From: Octopus sinensis | Taxonomy: Eukaryota | Assembly: GCF_006345805.1 (NCBI RefSeq) | Contig: NC_042998.1 | Span: 41,292,001-41,356,000 of the forward strand | Length of the DNA: 64,000 nucleotides | Direction: 5' to 3' | In this document: in pieces, positions 62,553 to 64,000 of the stretch | Numbering within the stretch: the first letter of the stretch is position 1 | Layout: each line of letters begins with the position of its first letter | Made by a program: the position numbers and the translations under genes | Notes under the pieces: model-generated | Databases searched by the model: none | What the model was told of the DNA's origin: nothing | What the model saw: the letters and a program-made list of their open reading frames with translations, nothing else

Positions 62553-64000
62553 TTGTATATTTGTATGTTTATACACACACTCCGCTTACATATATGGATA
62601 CATGTGTGCAGATGTCAGTTAAGCTCCTGCATAGCTGTATTTTTACTTTTTCATTTATCATGTTATTTGAAACAATCATTATGGTGAAATTTTATTTAAT
62701 TAATTCTAGGTATGCAGCTAAATATTTACATTGTGAATATTTAAAAAATATTTATATTTATTTTAACCTAGAAATTGTGGCAATATTGAATAGTTCAACA
62801 GATATAACTTTTACAGTATTGCATCATTTTATTTTTAATGAATGTTTATTAGTTTTAGATAAAACTAAATTTAAATCAAAATTATCATTCATTCATAATT
62901 GCTTGTGTTCCTCAATAAAACCTACTTTCTTTTTCTCTTCTTTCAACTTCATTGAAGTTTTGTACATATTGAGGTAGTAACTTTTATGTAATTGACCATG
63001 GTTCAGCTGATAATCTTTTTTCTATAACTTAGACTTAACAATTAATCAATTGAGGTTATTGGTAAATATATTGCTTTAATAGTACTGTTCCAACATACAC
63101 CAAACACTTATGAGAAATTATTTCATAATTTGATTTATAATTCACTTTCAAAAAGTCTTTGTGATCTGTCACTGATTCTTGCCAACCTATCAAACAAATC
63201 TTTTCAAATTAACTTAGAGGATTTTAAATCCTGCTATATTTCCTGACATCGAAAAGTCAATTTTGATCTTGCCACTTTTTCATATTATCAGCCAATATCA
63301 GGTAACTTTCCTATTGCAGCTAATATACAAATTGTGATGACCAAATCTCAATAACTTCGTTTTCTAAATAGATTTTCATGCAAATGTTTCCCCAATGCAT
63401 CCAGTATGTACTGCCAACATCAGACTTGTAAAATGGATTTAACTGACTTTAGTAATAATTTAATGAACTAATTTGATGCAGCCGTCTTGTACCCTTGTAC
63501 CACACTATTTACATGAATGATTTTATTGTTAAAGCGGTCCTTCATCATGTCAAATACATGCTAGTCATAAGGCCAAAAACACAGTATTATGTTTTCTAAG
63601 AAACAAAGTGTACTTTTAGAAAATAATTTTTGTCAGTTTTGTAATCACTTTTAAGATGGCTTGTGTGTGCAGTTTTCCCTCTTCTCAAGGTTTTTCTTTT
63701 CTTCTTCTTCCTATGAAAATGTTTCATTTGGATTGTTGTAAACCAGATTGAAACTTTTGGGCTTATTTATCACATCATTAGTGGTAAAACATTTGCCAAT
63801 ATTTACATGTATGCCATCCTTTAAAAAAGGACCAAATTAATCAATATACATATAAATATTTTTTTAAAAAAAGACTTCATTGTCATATCAGTAGTCCAAA
63901 AAAATTTTACATATGATATTATTTGGCTTCCTTTCAATTAAAAAAATTGTTATTTATAATGATAAAAGCAAAATTCTGTCTGTCCATCTGGTATCCCTGT

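Noticed and set aside
49505-64000. Search for the exon-54 equivalent
   Set aside because: Coding-like stretches here resolve to LINE RT or mariner transposase relics. No spectrin-like exon was recognised.
63000-64000. Possible DNA-transposon relic (63000-63560) and Helitron-like 5' end near 63950
   Set aside because: Too degraded or truncated by the window edge to support a call.

Overview
Very AT-rich, microsatellite- and transposon-laden eukaryotic genomic DNA, most likely from an octopus (inferred from repeat families and composition; not provable here). The window is the interior of one large + strand gene, a dystrophin orthologue. Ten GT-AG exons (8607-8779, 31777-31912, 33018-33193, 38720-38864, 41799-41948, 42242-42433, 45654-45870, 46528-46715, 48098-48215, 49302-49504) splice into one uninterrupted frame of 1698 nt (566 codons). 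They encode spectrin repeats that align with human DMD exons 43-53 (about R16-R21 plus hinge 3). Intron phases match the human gene as I recall it, four exon lengths are identical (173, 176, 150, 118), and the intron between human exons 49 and 50 is absent. Neither the start nor the end of the gene is in the window. The introns hold decayed RTE, CR1/L2-like, I/Jockey-like, RLE-type and Penelope-like retroelements, at least two tRNA-type SINE families, mariner and piggyBac-type MITEs, a mariner relic, four Helitron-like elements and long (TA)n/(CA)n/(CT)n arrays. Apart from the exons and a few retroelement or transposase fragments, the ORF track is noise. I found no evidence for a new multi-gene system. 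The best leads are the exon architecture shared with the human deletion hot spot, an E-box cluster in the 23-kb intron, and several RNA-structure or splicing features next to exons.
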